A stretch of 64,000 nt of DNA from contig NC_068984.1 of NCBI RefSeq assembly GCF_001194135.2, positions 80,199,345 through 80,263,344 of the forward strand, written 5' to 3'. Shown in pieces: positions 38,701 to 52,533 of the stretch. The DNA comes from Octopus bimaculoides (taxonomy: Eukaryota). The notes under the pieces were generated by a model. The model did not search any database, had not been told where the DNA came from, and saw only the letters and a program-made list of their open reading frames with translations. A program made the translations under genes and the position numbers. Position 1 is the first letter of the stretch. The number at the start of each line of letters is the position of its first letter.

Positions 38701-39561
38701 ATAATAATAGGGATATTCGAATTTTGGTGCATGGCCAGCAATTTCGATGACATTGACCCCAGTACTGAACTGGTACTTATTTTATTGACCCCAGCATGCT
38801 AACAATTCTGCCAGCTTTCTGCTTTATCAACACTAATAATGATAATGGTGACTTCTAACATAAGCACAAAGGCTGCAGTAAATGTTCCAAGGTGGATAGG
38901 ACATTCATTTAAATAAATTCCAGTATTTGACTGGTACTTTATCTTTATTGTCTTTATTCTCATATTTTTTTATGTCTTCAACTGGGGTTTGATCCCTGCA
39001 TTGCAGAACATTGATATAGTTGTCAACTTCCATTTACTTTGATGCCATAAAAGAAAATCTCTCTCTCTCTCTCGCTCTCGTGTTTTATGAAATGTATCTC
39101 CCTTCCTTCAAATAACTCGATACTACTCCAACAGCGATGTTGGTGGAGGATTGTCAAGGAAAAGAAGTGTTCAGCTTTTTATTTGCTCAGAGTTACAATA
39201 TTTTGCATTGATGGCATGATGGCATGCAAACTGACAACTTTATGGCCAAGAGGCCGACAACCTATCTGTTAAGCCAGTGTGGTTTCTCACAAGACTTACA
39301 TTTCTACTTATTCATAGAAACAGTTCTTCACACATCCATATGCTGCTTGTTAAACATCTGTGTCAGTAGAGTGAAGATATTAAATGCCTTCTTACATCAC
39401 AATCAATAAACGACTTATTTTCTGTCTCTAAGAGCCTGTGCTTATATGTATGTATCTGTGGATGAGTGTATGTGTCTGTGTGCATGAATATATTTATATG
39501 CACATTTTTAAAGATGTTTATTAAAATGTATGTGTGAGGGCATGTATGTGCATATACATAC

Positions 39562-39603
<42 letters not shown>

Positions 39604-39896
39604 ATTTTTTAATGTGTGTGTGTGTATGCATATGTGTGTGCATGTACATTCATGCATGCTCTTGTGAATATACACACATATATTGTAACTTCCAGACATG
39701 CTTGTGAGTTTCTGAATGCAAAAAAATTTACTTTAGTAAACATCTACATATATGTATATTCACTAAGAAATAACTGCATCAGGGTATGTATGTATATGTG
39801 CATGCATGCATGTGTGTGTGTGTGTATGTATCTGTGTATATGAGCGTGTGTGCAGGTGTGTGTATATATGTATATATATGTGCATATATGTGTATG

Positions 39897-39937
<41 letters not shown>

Positions 39938-40056
39938 GTTTCTGTAAATTTGAACTATATATTTATATATATGTGTGTGTATCTGTGTGTGCATGTACAT
40001 ATATATATATATATATATATATCGATATATGTGTATATGTATGTATAGATAGATAA

Positions 40057-40111
<55 letters not shown>

Positions 40112-40881
40112 CACACATATATAGAGATATACACACACACACACACACACACACACGTATATATATGTATCTATGTATGTGCATTTGCATGAGTGTGTGT
40201 GTATATGGGTGTTTATACATGAATGCATATATGTGAGCAATTTTTATGCATGTTACATATATATATATATATACATACATACCCGACTCTGTGTGTGTGC
40301 ATGTGTGTGTGTGCATGTGTGGGTGTACCTGATAAACAATGGCACCAACATAAGTGAATAGAATATACAGCAACTACAGCAGCAGCAGCATTATTATCAA
40401 CATCTTCACCAACAATGGCAAAAGTAGCTGCAATGGCAGCAAAAACACTAAAACTCTAATCACAAACAAGAAACACAAACAACCATTTTTGGCGATAAAT
40501 TCAGTTAGACAAGCAAATCGGTATCTAAGTGTTTTGGAAGTCCAAAATAGATTTTTGCTGCTCACATATATATAGATTTTGAAATAGTAAACCTTCAAGC
40601 AAGCATTATTGTGTTTGTCTTGGAGATTCAAAAGACTATATGACAGTCTCTGCTAAAATTTGTGCAGCCGTGTGGAACAAGTGGAACTGTAAGCTAAACC
40701 AAATAAATGGTTCCTGAAGATATGCTTCTTTATGATTCTATATGTATAACACACACACACACACACACACACACTTATATATATATATATACATATAGAT
40801 ATGTATATATGAATATGTGCACATATATATAAAAGTGTGTGTATGTATACATATATACATACATATACATACATACATACA

Positions 40882-40920
<39 letters not shown>

Positions 40921-43768
40921 ATATATAAGATCATTATCATTGTTTTTTTAATATCCACTTTTCTNNNNNNNNNNNNNNNNNNNNNNNNNNNNNNNNNNNN
41001 NNNNNNNNNNNNNNNNNNNNNNNNNNNNNNNNNNNNNNNNNNNNNNNNNNNNNNNNNNNNNNNNNNNNNNNNNNNNNNNNNNNNNNNNNNNNNNNNNNNN
41101 NNNNNNNNNNNNNNNNNNNNNNNNNNNNNNNNNNNNNNNNNNNNNNNNNNNNNNNNNNNNNNNNNNNNNNNNNNNNNNNNNNNNNNNNNNNNNNNNNNNN
41201 NNNNNNNNNNNNNNNNNNNNNNNNNNNNNNNNNNNNNNNNNNNNNNNNNNNNNNNNNNNNNNNNNNNNNNNNNNNNNNNNNNNNNNNNNNNNNNNNNNNN
41301 NNNNNNNNNNNNNNNNNNNNNNNNNNNNNNNNNNNNNNNNNNNNNNNNNNNNNNNNNNNNNNNNNNNNNNNNNNNNNNNNNNNNNNNNNNNNNNNNNNNN
41401 NNNNNNNNNNNNNNNNNNTGTTGTTTTTTAATTTTGCAATAGATTTATTCAAATACCAAACCAGTTTCAACAATTTTCAGGTGCATTTTCAAACACTCAA
41501 GTATATTCTCCTATATTTTTTCCTGCATGGAAATACACTTCTTCTTTCCATATAAATATATATATATACATGCACAGCATGCTTCTTTCTAGCAAGTCCA
41601 TCGACAACACTTTGTTCATTTCAGAGATATAGCAGATACCACTTTCCCAAGATACTGCAGAGTGGGTTTGAACCTTCCAAACCACAGGTTTGGAAGCCAG
41701 CTTCTCCGCCATGCAGCTATGCCTGTGTGTGTCTGTGAGTGTGGTGTGGTGTGTATTTGTACACACACACATGTATATGTATTCATACGTATGATATATT
41801 GTTAATGCCATAAGAATTTAGAATCTTCATGAGCAGAATTCTTTTTTGGAACAGTGTACCTAAAAGCAGATAAAGCTATAAATAATCCTTTCTATTAAAA
41901 GCACAAGGCCTGAAATTTTGGGAAGGGGACTTGTCAATTACATTGATCTCAGTGTTTCACTGGTCCTTAATTTAACGACCTCGAAAGAATGAAAAGCAAA
42001 GTCAACCTCGACAGAACTTGAATTCTGAACATAAAGACTGACTAAATGCCACTAAGAATTTTTCCCAAGGTGCTAATGATTGTGCCAGCTCACCACCTTA
42101 AAACTGTAGACAATGGTGTGTAAATATTGGGTTAAGTATATATGGCTAGTCACAGTTATATGTTGTTCCATTTATGCTGTGATAAATAAAAGATTAGTTT
42201 CGAATTAAAGAACAAAAAGTATATCAGGAAAACCATTTTTAAAAAATGTGTTCACTTTATTTACCCAAGTCAATATTCTGGATGTACTTTTCTTGAAAAT
42301 TAACTACAAAAAAAAATAAAAAAAAATATATATATATATATATATCTGCACNNNNNNNNNNNNNNNNNNNNNNNNNNNNNNNNNNNNNNNNNNNNNNNNN
42401 NNNNNNNNNNNNNNNNNNNNNNNNNNNNNNNNNNNNNNNNNNNNNNNNNNNNNNNNNNNNNNNNNNNNNNNNNNNNNNNNNNNNNNNNNNNNNNNNNNAT
42501 ATATATATAAAAATATATATATATATTTGTGTGTGTGTGGATATATATACACGCACATTCAAAAATGTATATATGTATATGTATATGTATACACACATAC
42601 ATATATATACATACATACACACACCCACATATATATACACATGCACGTTACATGCACACACACACACATACATATATAGAGAGAGATTTCTAGTTTGCTT
42701 TATATGTTTCTTGTTTCCTATATATAACTGGTTGGTACCTAGAATTTCTCTGAAATTTTTAACTAATAAATTTAATACCATAAAGAATCCAAGCCATCTT
42801 TTTTTTTTCCCCCTCCTCTACAAAATCTTACCTCAAAAACACTCCTATTGTTCATTTTACTAGTTCCATTATTTGTTGTTTTCAATGAGTTATATTACAG
42901 AATCTTAAAAACAGACAAAATTAGCATTCTGTTGTTCCGCATTGAATTAGTGAAATTTTCTCAATTGAGTTAGTGAAATATTCTAAACTGTTCCAGCTGT
43001 AATCAAAACTGGGGTAGCACTCAAATCCCAAAATTCTTCACTCAGCAGCTGCTACTTCTTTTTGTCGATCAGGAAACATTGACAGCAACAATGCTTACCA
43101 CTTCTATAATTTGCCAGAGGGGCAATGGGTGAACAGACAACAATGATGGATTGTTTTTCTTTTATTACGATAATTGTTTTATATCGTTCACTATTTTAGA
43201 AAATACTCTAAAGAATTTTTTCATAGAATCTGTTGTCATCTATTTTCTGTATCATATTGAGAAAAAATAATTGCACAGCATATACAAAAAAATGATTGTA
43301 NNNNNNNNNNNNNNNNNNNNNNNNNNNNNNNNNNNNNNNNNNNNNNNNNNNNNNNNNNNNNNNNNNNNNNNNNNNNNNNNNNNNNNNNNNNNNNNNNNNN
43401 NNNNNNNNNNNNNNNNNNNNNNNNNNNNNNNNNNNNNNNNNNNNNNNNNNNNNNNNNNNNNNNNNNNNNNNNNNNNNNNNNNNNNNNNNNNNNNNNNNNN
43501 NNNNNNNNNNNNNNNNNNNNNNNNNNNNNNNNNNNNNNNNNNNNNNNNNNNNNNNNNNNNNNNNNNNNNNNNNNNNNNNNNNNNNNNNNNNNNNNNNNNN
43601 NNNNNNNNNNNNNNNNNNNNNNNNNNNNNNNNNNNNNNNNNNNNNNNNNNNNNNNNNNNNNNNNNNNNNNNNNNNNNNNNNNNNNNNTATGTATATACAT
43701 ATATACGTATATATATGTATATACATACATATATATGAATATACATATATATATGTATATATATACAT

Positions 43769-44801
43769 ATATGTATATAACACAAACCCCTTCAGGTAGA
43801 TGGCCCTGCTCGATCTGTAGAAAAGGTGTAGGTAGAATCTCCTTAAGATGTACCCAGTGTAAGCTATGGACACATAAGACGTGCAGCAATATCAAAGGAT
43901 GGCTAACTAGCAAGATAGTTTTTGTATATGGCAAATGCTCAGGAGCAAAAAACACTGAGAATGTGCAGAAAACAACCACCAGGGTGAAAAACTAGATGTA
44001 GTTGATAGCTTCCGCTACCTAGGTGACCAAGTTTGTAGCGGGGGAAGGTGCACTGAAAGTGTAGCTGCTGGAATAACAATAGCCTGGGCAAAGTTTAGAG
44101 AGCTCTTACCTCTGCTGGTGACAAAAACCTCTCACTCAGGGTAAAAGGCAGACTGTATGACGCATGTGTACGAACAGCCATGCTACATGGCAGTGAAACA
44201 TGGGCCGTGACTGCTGAGGACATGTGTAAGCTTATAAGAAACCAAGCCAGTATGCTCCGATGGATGTGTAATGTAAGTGTGCATATTCAACAGAGTGTAA
44301 GTACCTTGAAAGAAAAGTTAGACCTAAGAAGCATCAGTTGTGGTGTGCAAGAGAGATGATTGCGCTGGTATGGACATGTGGCAAGAATGGATGAGGATAG
44401 CTGTGTGAAAAAGTGCCACACCCTAGTAGTTGAGGGAACCTGTAGAAGAGGAAGACCTGGGATGAGGTGGTGAAGTACGACCTTCGAACCTTAGGCCTCA
44501 CCAAGGCAATGACCAGTGACCGAGACCTTTGGAAATATGCAGTACATGAAAAGACTCAGCAAGGCAAGTGAGAGCATAATCTGTGATCTCTGCCAGAAGT
44601 GTAGCCAGCTCACTAATCTGTATCTTTACTTCATTGGACACTAAAAAACCTTACTTGCGAAGACCTGTTGAGGCAAGTGAATTCGGAATTTGTAATTTGA
44701 AATTTGAATCTGAAATCGAAATCGAACCGAATCCGATGACTGGCACCCACGCCAACCTCTCCTTCATTGGACACTAAACTCTGCTTGCGAAGACCTGTTG
44801 G
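43769..44801 (+). mobile_element. RTE-clade LINE 3' part with a Cys-rich (PHD-like) insert, continuing into the family C tail
   Basis: SGRWPCSICRKGVG..CTQCKLWTHK.CS, then VDSFRYLGD, CVRTAMLHGSETW, RWYGHV; 3' sequence matches 38040-38170. Confidence 0.9.
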
Positions 44802-44965
44802 NNNNNNNNNNNNNNNNNNNNNNNNNNNNNNNNNNNNNNNNNNNNNNNNNNNNNNNNNNNNNNNNNNNNNNNNNNNNNNNNNNNNNNNNNNNNNNNNNNN
44901 NNNNNNNNNNNNNNNNNNNNNNNNNNNNNNNNNNNNNNNNNNNNNNNNNNNNNNNNNNNNNNNNN

Positions 44966-45019
<54 letters not shown>

Positions 45020-45021
<2 letters not shown>

Positions 45022-45355
45022 CAGAATATACACAAAATATATATACATAATATTATACAGCACATACATGAAATATATATATAATAGAAAGATAATATAT
45101 ATCATTATGCAACATACACACGAAATATATATATCATTATATTGCATATACACAAAATATATAGAATGTCATTATATAGCAAATACATAAAATGTATATA
45201 TTACATATAATCTCATATTCAGCACATAACACAAAATATATGTGATGTATAACATCATTATTCTGCATATACACTAAATATATATATCACTATACAACAC
45301 ATATTTGGAATATATACACTATCATTATACAGCAAGTACACAAAATATATATAAT
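45020..45355. repeat. Degenerate AT-rich minisatellite (core like CATTATACAGCATATACACAAAATATATAT)
   Basis: Repeated 'cattat...gca.atacaca.aatatata' units. Confidence 0.75.
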
Positions 45356-45629
45356 ATTCTCAAAATGTGCATGCACAAAATCATCTCAAAAAGCATTATT
45401 GCTATGGAAAATTGCCATATAACAGGCAAAATATCAGCACAATAGTTAAATGTTCTAAAGCCTATACATTATCCATTCCAAAATAATTATTATTTAGTAT
45501 ATTTGATTTCAAACCCTGTAGATAGAGGACATTAAATTTTACCGTATTTGTAGAAAATTTCCCTTCATTTGTCTTACCTTAATCAACAAACAGTAAGCAA
45601 TTATTTAATATCAACCAGTTGTTAAGACA

Positions 45630-46010
45630 ATGAGCTGACAGAAACGTTAGCACGCCAGGCAAAATGCTTAGCGGTATTTCATCTGCTGTTACGTTCCGAG
45701 TTCAAATTCCGCCGAGGTCGACTTTGCCTTTCATCCTTTCAGGGTTGATAAATTAAATTCCAGTTACGCACTGGGGTCGATGTAATCGACTTAATACCTT
45801 TGTCTGTCCTTGTTTGTCCCCTCTGTGTTTAGCCCCTTATGGACAATAAAGAAATAAGAATCATTTGCATGCTTAGTGATATTTCATCCATCTTCATGTT
45901 CTGAGATCAAATTCTGCTGTGGTCGACTTTGCCTTTCACCTTTTTGGAATCGATAAAATAAGTACTAGCTGATCACTGGGGTCAATATAATTAACTTGTC
46001 CCTTCTCCAT
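45630..46010 (+). mobile_element. Two tandem family B SINEs (the first well preserved)
   Basis: CpG-retaining copy 'gcacgccaggcaaaatgcttagcggtatttc...gccgaggtcgac' followed by a second, older copy. Confidence 0.85.
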
Positions 46011-46614
46011 AATTTCAATATCAACCAGTTGTTGTAATTTAGCTTTTAATAGAACTTTCAACAGACAGATCTTTCCATGTTCTTTACTTAAGTGCATGAA
46101 ATCTAGTATCTCATTACCCAGTCTGTCCTTTGTGGTAGGATGTAATTCAAATATTTATCGATTGTTTCTAGCAATTCAATTGACACTATAGGGGTTCCAT
46201 TCTTGGCTTGTAATATGAAATGTTTGTTGTTAATGGTGTTAGTGTTTAGTATATAGGAAAATTCTGACTATGCAGACTTATGATCAATGACATTCCAACT
46301 GTCTTATTTATCTATGACTAAATTATACAATGATGTTCTTCCACAATGACTGGATGTAATTTGAAGGACATTTGGTTGCTATTGCTAGAAAGTCAAATGA
46401 CTACATAGAGGTTCTCTCAACTCATCATCAAGTGTTGCTGCTGGTGATGTTTGTTGTTTAAATGTTGGACAGCCCTGAGTGAATATATTTATGATGATAA
46501 GCATTCCATCCATAATGCTTAACTGAAATTATAATTAACATAAGGATTTGCATGAGTCAGCGAATGGCTGGTAACAAACCTGGTTAAAATTTATCAGTTT
46601 TTTCTTGTACACAG

Positions 46615-46693
46615 GGTTTTATACACTGGGAGGATTACCTAATTGGTCTTATGGGCCATTTGTGGGATCTGTAGCAATTGTTGCAGCTTTTGT
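46615..46693 (+). CDS. Candidate exon GFYTLGGLPNWSYGPFVGSVAIVAAFV (or terminal, TAA at 46695-46697)
   Basis: Strong acceptor 'cagttttttcttgtacacag', open frame, hydrophobic end, possible donor gtaatt. Confidence 0.4.
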
Positions 46694-47820
46694 GTAATTC
46701 TAAATAACCCAATATCTCACTGTGGATACTTTCCTGAAGGTTATTATTATTTTATTGCATAATACATTGTGATTCTTTGGTTTGTGTTAAAATTCTTGCA
46801 ATGTTAGCATTAATCTCTTATATTTTTACCTTTATCAGTTAATTGTTGCTTTATTTAACTCCAAGTCAATTTTAATCTAGCAGATCTGTGATCAGTGCAT
46901 TTCCAGCTTTGACCATCTCATCTTATTTGGTGCATTATAGGACTACATTGTCCAATATGACCTTTGATTTTGTTCATGTTCAGATGGAAGGTTGTGATAT
47001 GAGGAAGAAATAGCTACTATATCTAACAGGCCAAGTAACCATGTAGAAAACTCCTCTGTTGTTTAGCTATAGACCAACCCAGATCGAGCATCATCATCAT
47101 CATCATCATTTAATGCCTGTTTTCCGTGTTGGCATGAGTTGGATAGTTTGACAGGAATTGGCAAAACCAGGAGCCACACCAGATTCCATAGTCTGCTTTG
47201 GCTTGGTTTGTACAGCTGGATGCCTTCTGGATGCCAACCACTTTACAGAGTCTACTGAATATTTATGTGGTATCAGCATCCATTCTTTTTGTATGGCACC
47301 GTCACCAGTGCTTTTTATGTAGCATCATTAGTGCTTTTTGGGTGTTAGAGAATGAAATGTGTATGGTGGTGGTGGTGGTGGTGGTGGAGAAGTTTGACAG
47401 AGCAGAGCCCTTTATAGACAAGAATTAGCAAGGTAGTTTTAGAGTTTTAGNNNNNNNNNNNNNNNNNNNNNNNNNNNNNNNNNNNNNNNNNNNNNNNNNN
47501 NNNNNNNNNNNNNNNNNNNNNNNNNNNNNNNNNNNNNNNNNNNNNNNNNNNNNNNNNNNNNNNNNNNNNNNNNNNNNNNNNNNNNNNNNNNNNNNNNNNN
47601 NNNNNNNNNNNNNNNNNNNNNNNNNNNNNNNNNNNNNNNNNNNNNNNNNNNNNNNNNNNNNNNNNNNNNNNNNNNNNNNNNNNNNNNNNNNNNNNNNNNN
47701 NNNNNNNNNNNNNNNNNNNNNNNNNNNNNNNNNNNNNNNNNNNNNNNNNNNNNNNNNNNNNNNNNNNNNNNNNNNNNNNNNNNNNNNNNNNNNNNNNNNN
47801 NNNNNNNNNNNNNNNNNNNN

Positions 47821-47877
<57 letters not shown>

Positions 47878-48763
47878 CGTATGTATATGTATATATATAT
47901 GTGTATGTATATTTATATATAATATAGCAAAAATACTAGTAGTGGATTTGAACTCAAGACTACTATTCTTACAGTTTAATACCATAGCAACTTTTAAATA
48001 ATCAAGATACAGAATGTAGAAAAAGAACAGTTTCCATCTACCAAATCCACTCGAAAGATTTTAATTAGCTTGGGGTTATAATAAAAGACACTGCTATGCA
48101 GTAGGACTGAACTCAGAACCATGTGGTTGGGAAGCAAACATCTTACAACACAATCATGCCTGTACACACACACACTGTGTCTACTCTGTTAATCACTTCA
48201 CTGCCATCTTTTCACAACTATAAAATCTGTAAATCAGCTCCTCTCAGAATATTTGACCCCTCTCTTGACTAGAATCATCACACAAAATATCTCTTCTTTC
48301 TCTCTGCTATTTTCCTTCAGTCACAAGGGCCCCTTTGGATCCTTCAGTCTTGCAAGCTGTTAAGAGACTAGTGCTAGTATGATTAAAAAAGCGCTTTGTA
48401 CTCTCTATAATGTTGTTGGCATTCGGAAGGCTATCCATCCATAGAAACCATATCTAAATACACATTGGAGTACAGTGTGTTCCTCTGACTTGTTATATCG
48501 TTTCCAGCTATCCAACCTATATCAGCATGGAGAGTAAACATTAAATAATGATGATGATGATATGCATGCATGAGTATATATGTGTGTGTGTGTGTGTGTG
48601 TGTACATACATACATACATACACACATAGATGGAAGACATATTGGTTAAAAAATATTTGCCATTTGTAGAAAAACAGAAATTCATTAAAACTGATGTAGA
48701 CTTAAAAATGATAAGAACAAATTATTTTTTTTTAAATGAAATATATTTTCAATTTATTTTCAG

Positions 48764-48800
48764 GCTATCTGAATTTTGTTTTATAAGAAAATTAATGTAA
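48764..48800 (+). CDS. Candidate terminal exon LSEFCFIRKLM*, in phase with the 46615 exon
   Basis: Acceptor 'caatttattttcag'; phase-2 join extends a TM-like helix; followed by unique AT-rich, UTR-like DNA. Confidence 0.3.
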
Positions 48801-49459
48801 TTATAAGAAAATAAATGAAATTATCAGAAATATTCACTTAAATGAAGAGTTCATTTATGGCTATGATTACATGCTATACTTTGAAGATAGTCCAAAATAT
48901 CTCTGTTTGCATAGTCAAACAACAGTTTGAATTCTTTTTGTAGAAATAACACTTTTAACATGGTTATATTTGGGAAGAGTCATAAAACCTATAAACACAG
49001 TTATTGGCAGTTGTTTGTTTTAGAATATATTTAGCTTCTCTTACTTTTTTCAAAGCATTTGATGTGTGTTTTTTATCTCCCAAAATATTTCTCCTTATTG
49101 TAGTTTTTTTCAATGGATATGTTTTTTTTAATGCTTGATTTTTAGTTTTGGTTTTTAGTTTTTAATTAAAAACCAAGAATTCAAAAGAGGAAATGCATGT
49201 CTATTGAGGATGCACTCCTCGTTCATCCAACATAAACCAACACACACACACAAACAAACACATACTTTTCTTTTTTAATAGTTGTTTGATTGAGCTCTGC
49301 ATGACTTAGTTTTGTAGCTGCATAGGATACATCCCTCTCATCAGATGTTTGGTGGCAGAAACACTCTTTACATTATAGAGCTGAACTAAAGTGGTATTAA
49401 ATACATTTAACTCCAAACAAATTCCTTGAGAGCTACATTTTTTTTTCATTTATTCACTC

Positions 49460-49514
<55 letters not shown>

Positions 49515-50147
49515 AATGTGCACCTTTATAGATATGCATGTATATAGTTGTATTTAGTTTTACTTCATTTGGGGAGTATTTTTCCTTCTCGACTTTGGTA
49601 TTTTTATCATATGCTTCTGGGACTGGCATTGTACACTACCTTAAAATCCTCAAACCTGTGACAATTCTTGTCCTCTCCATATTCCATATTGCCCTCCCAT
49701 GATAGAATACATAATATCAGAATTGTGGCTTAATTATTGCAATATGGCTTGAGAAGATATACACTAGTTCCAAATCATCTTGTATCTTCCAATCATTAGC
49801 ACTATTCAGAAGCCTGCATTTTGGTTCAGCAGCATCTTTATAATGGAGACAAAGATGAAATACGAAACCCCCAGCACTCAACACCACAATTTTGCCAGCT
49901 ACAATGGCCTGCACTTGAAGAATTAGCTCATTACACTAGAAATGAATTTTGAAGAGGCTGCAATAGATGACAGCAGAAAGGGAAATTTCACTATATATTA
50001 CAGATGTAAACCTTCATGAAATTTATCATACAGAAAACAATAATAAATTCAAAGTTGTTTTGTACTTTCTTCATTATTGATTTTTCAATAACCACTGTCA
50101 TGCAATACACCTTTCCTATCCAAGTACTTACTCTTACAATCAGTATA

Positions 50148-50336
50148 TTACATCATATTAAATTTTGCTTTATTATCATTACTATCTGCTGTAGTTTTAT
50201 TGTCTATTATTGGAATTTCATAATGTGGAAGTTTGTCAGGTAAAAGGCAATTTAAGACTTGAAGAGATGGTGCTATCTTTGTTGATGAATGAGCGGTGTT
50301 CCTGTAGAGCAATAAAAACTTCTGGATTTCTCGCTT
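50148..50336 (-). pseudogene. Ty3/Gypsy integrase C-terminal relic
   Basis: KREIQKFLLLYRNTAHSSTKIAPS...LLPDKLP resembles the FL..YRxTPHSTTG.AP..L....KLP motif. Confidence 0.7.
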
Positions 50337-50687
50337 CTACTGTTTACCTTCTCCAAATTACATAAATATGGAAGTCAGTTACACTTCTTGTGAAAGTCAC
50401 TTATGGAAGCCAGTTACATCTGTTGTGAATGTCAGCTACACAGTCAGAATTCCACTACACTTGTGAAAGCTAACTACCTCATTTTCCAGCATACAAGTTG
50501 AAGTTTTCTGACCAAAATTTACAGCCATAAAAGGTAGATTGACATATATACAAAGACGACTTTGGGGGACTAAAAATTTTATGTGAAATGCAGCAGGATT
50601 TAGAAACACGGTGATGATGTTTGAATGCTTACACTACATACTAAGTTGAATTGTATGCCAGAAAATACAGTACAGTCATTACTATTT

Positions 50688-51096
50688 TACTCTTTTAATC
50701 TTTTAATTGTTTCAGTCATTTGATTGCAGCCATGCTGGAGCACCGCCTTTAGTTGAGCAAATCGATCCCAGGACTTATTCTTTGGAAGCCTAGTACTTAT
50801 TCTATCGATCCCTTTTGCCGAACCGCTAAGTTACGGGGACGTAAACACACCAGCATCGGTTGTCAAGCGATGTTGGGGGGACACAGAAACACAAGCACCC
50901 ACACGTATATATATACATATACAAATATATACGACAGGCTTCTTTCAGTTTCTGTCTACTAAATCCACTCACAAGGCTTTGGTCGGCCTGAGGCTATAGT
51001 AGAAGACACTTGCCCAAGGTGCCACACAGTGGGACTGAACCCAGAACTATGTGGTTCGTAAGCAAGCTACTTACCACATAGCCACTCCTGCGCCTA
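50688..51096 (-). mobile_element. tRNA-derived SINE family A, well preserved
   Basis: Family A consensus with CpGs retained. Confidence 0.85.
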
Positions 51097-51775
51097 TTGT
51101 GAAAAAAATCAATTACATTTTTGAGGGCCAGCTACACTTGTTTCAAAAGTCAACTATTCTTAGCTTCTTTTTCACTGCTTTCATGGATTCCTATGAATCT
51201 CTGTCACCAACTGATACCATTATTATGAATTGGAATTGAGAGCTTGAGTCATATTGAATCTTTTATTAACTGATAACACAACCATGGACACCACTTCTAT
51301 GGATGCAGTGCAGTTACTCTCTTGATAGAGCTTGATGATCCTGACTGTTGATTTTCTAGGATTCTTCCACTCAGCATCAATGTAAGAAGCATTGTTAGCT
51401 CACTTGGGCACTGCCACTACCTCTCTACAATCTGCGATGCTACAATCTGATGACTTTGCTATATCCCTGGCAAGGTGACTCAATGGGTGCTATGCCTTGC
51501 CAAAGGGCAGCCAGTAATTATGCAGGGCATTGCCATCACTCTATGAGATATTTTCAAAATACCTGCATACCCATACACTTAGCTCCACTTGTATAATTTA
51601 GTTACATTTGTTGGGCAAGCCCAGCTAGCCTTGTAGAAGTTAGCTGTGCCTGTCATAAAAATTAGTGCAAGTGATTTTTACTACAAATGTTGGCTGTATT
51701 TGTTGTAGAAGTTAGCAACTCTTTTGAAAGTTATCAGCACTCATCAAACTTGGTAACACTTGTAAAAGTCTGCTA

Positions 51776-52296
51776 CGATGGCTATGTGGTAAGAAGCTTG
51801 CTTCTCCACCACATGGTTTCAGTCCTACAGCATGGTACCTTGAGCAAGTGTCTTCTACTATAGCCTCAGGCTGGCCAAAGCCTTCTGGGGGAATTTGGTA
51901 GATGGAAATTGAAAGAAGGCCATCATATGTGTGTATGTGTATGTATGTGTGTTTAAAATATAAGTACTAGGGTTGATTTTTCAATTAAAACCTTTCAAAG
52001 CAGTGCTTCAGCATGGCCACAGTCAAAATGACTGAAACAAGTAATAGACTAAGCATTAAAGTTATTCTAAATATAACTGAAGGAACAATAAACAAAAGAT
52101 AATTTTTTTCAGGTCATCTGCCAAATATATGTAGGTGCAGGAATGGCTGTGTAGTGAGAAGTTTGCTTCCCAACCACATGGTTCCGGGTTCAGTCCCAGT
52201 GCATGGCACTTCAAGCAAGTGTCTTCTACTATAGCCTCAGGCTGAGCAAAGCCTTGTGAGTGGATTTGGGGGATGGAAACTGAATGAAGCCCGTCG

Positions 52297-52331
<35 letters not shown>

Positions 52332-52533
52332 ATTTGTTATTTGTCTTTGTCCTCCCACCATCGTGTGTCAAATAATGTTGGTGTGTTTATGTCCTCATCA
52401 CTTAGTGGCTTGGCAAAAGAGACCGATAGAATAAGTACTAGGCTTACAAGGAATAAGTCCTGGAGTCAATTTGTTCGACTAAATGTGGTGCTCCAGAATG
52501 GCTGCAGTCAAATGACTGAAAGGAGTAAAAGAA
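51776..52533 (+). mobile_element. Two tandem family A SINEs (about 51776-52050 and 52135-52533)
   Basis: Family A head and tail motifs occur twice. Confidence 0.8.

Noticed and set aside
43099-43190. Minus-strand segment ending in a gtaagc donor
   Set aside because: Only one short open frame, weak acceptor, no recognisable protein or partner exon
50148-50301. Apparent minus-strand terminal host exon with a good acceptor
   Set aside because: The frame extends upstream into a recognisable Gypsy integrase motif
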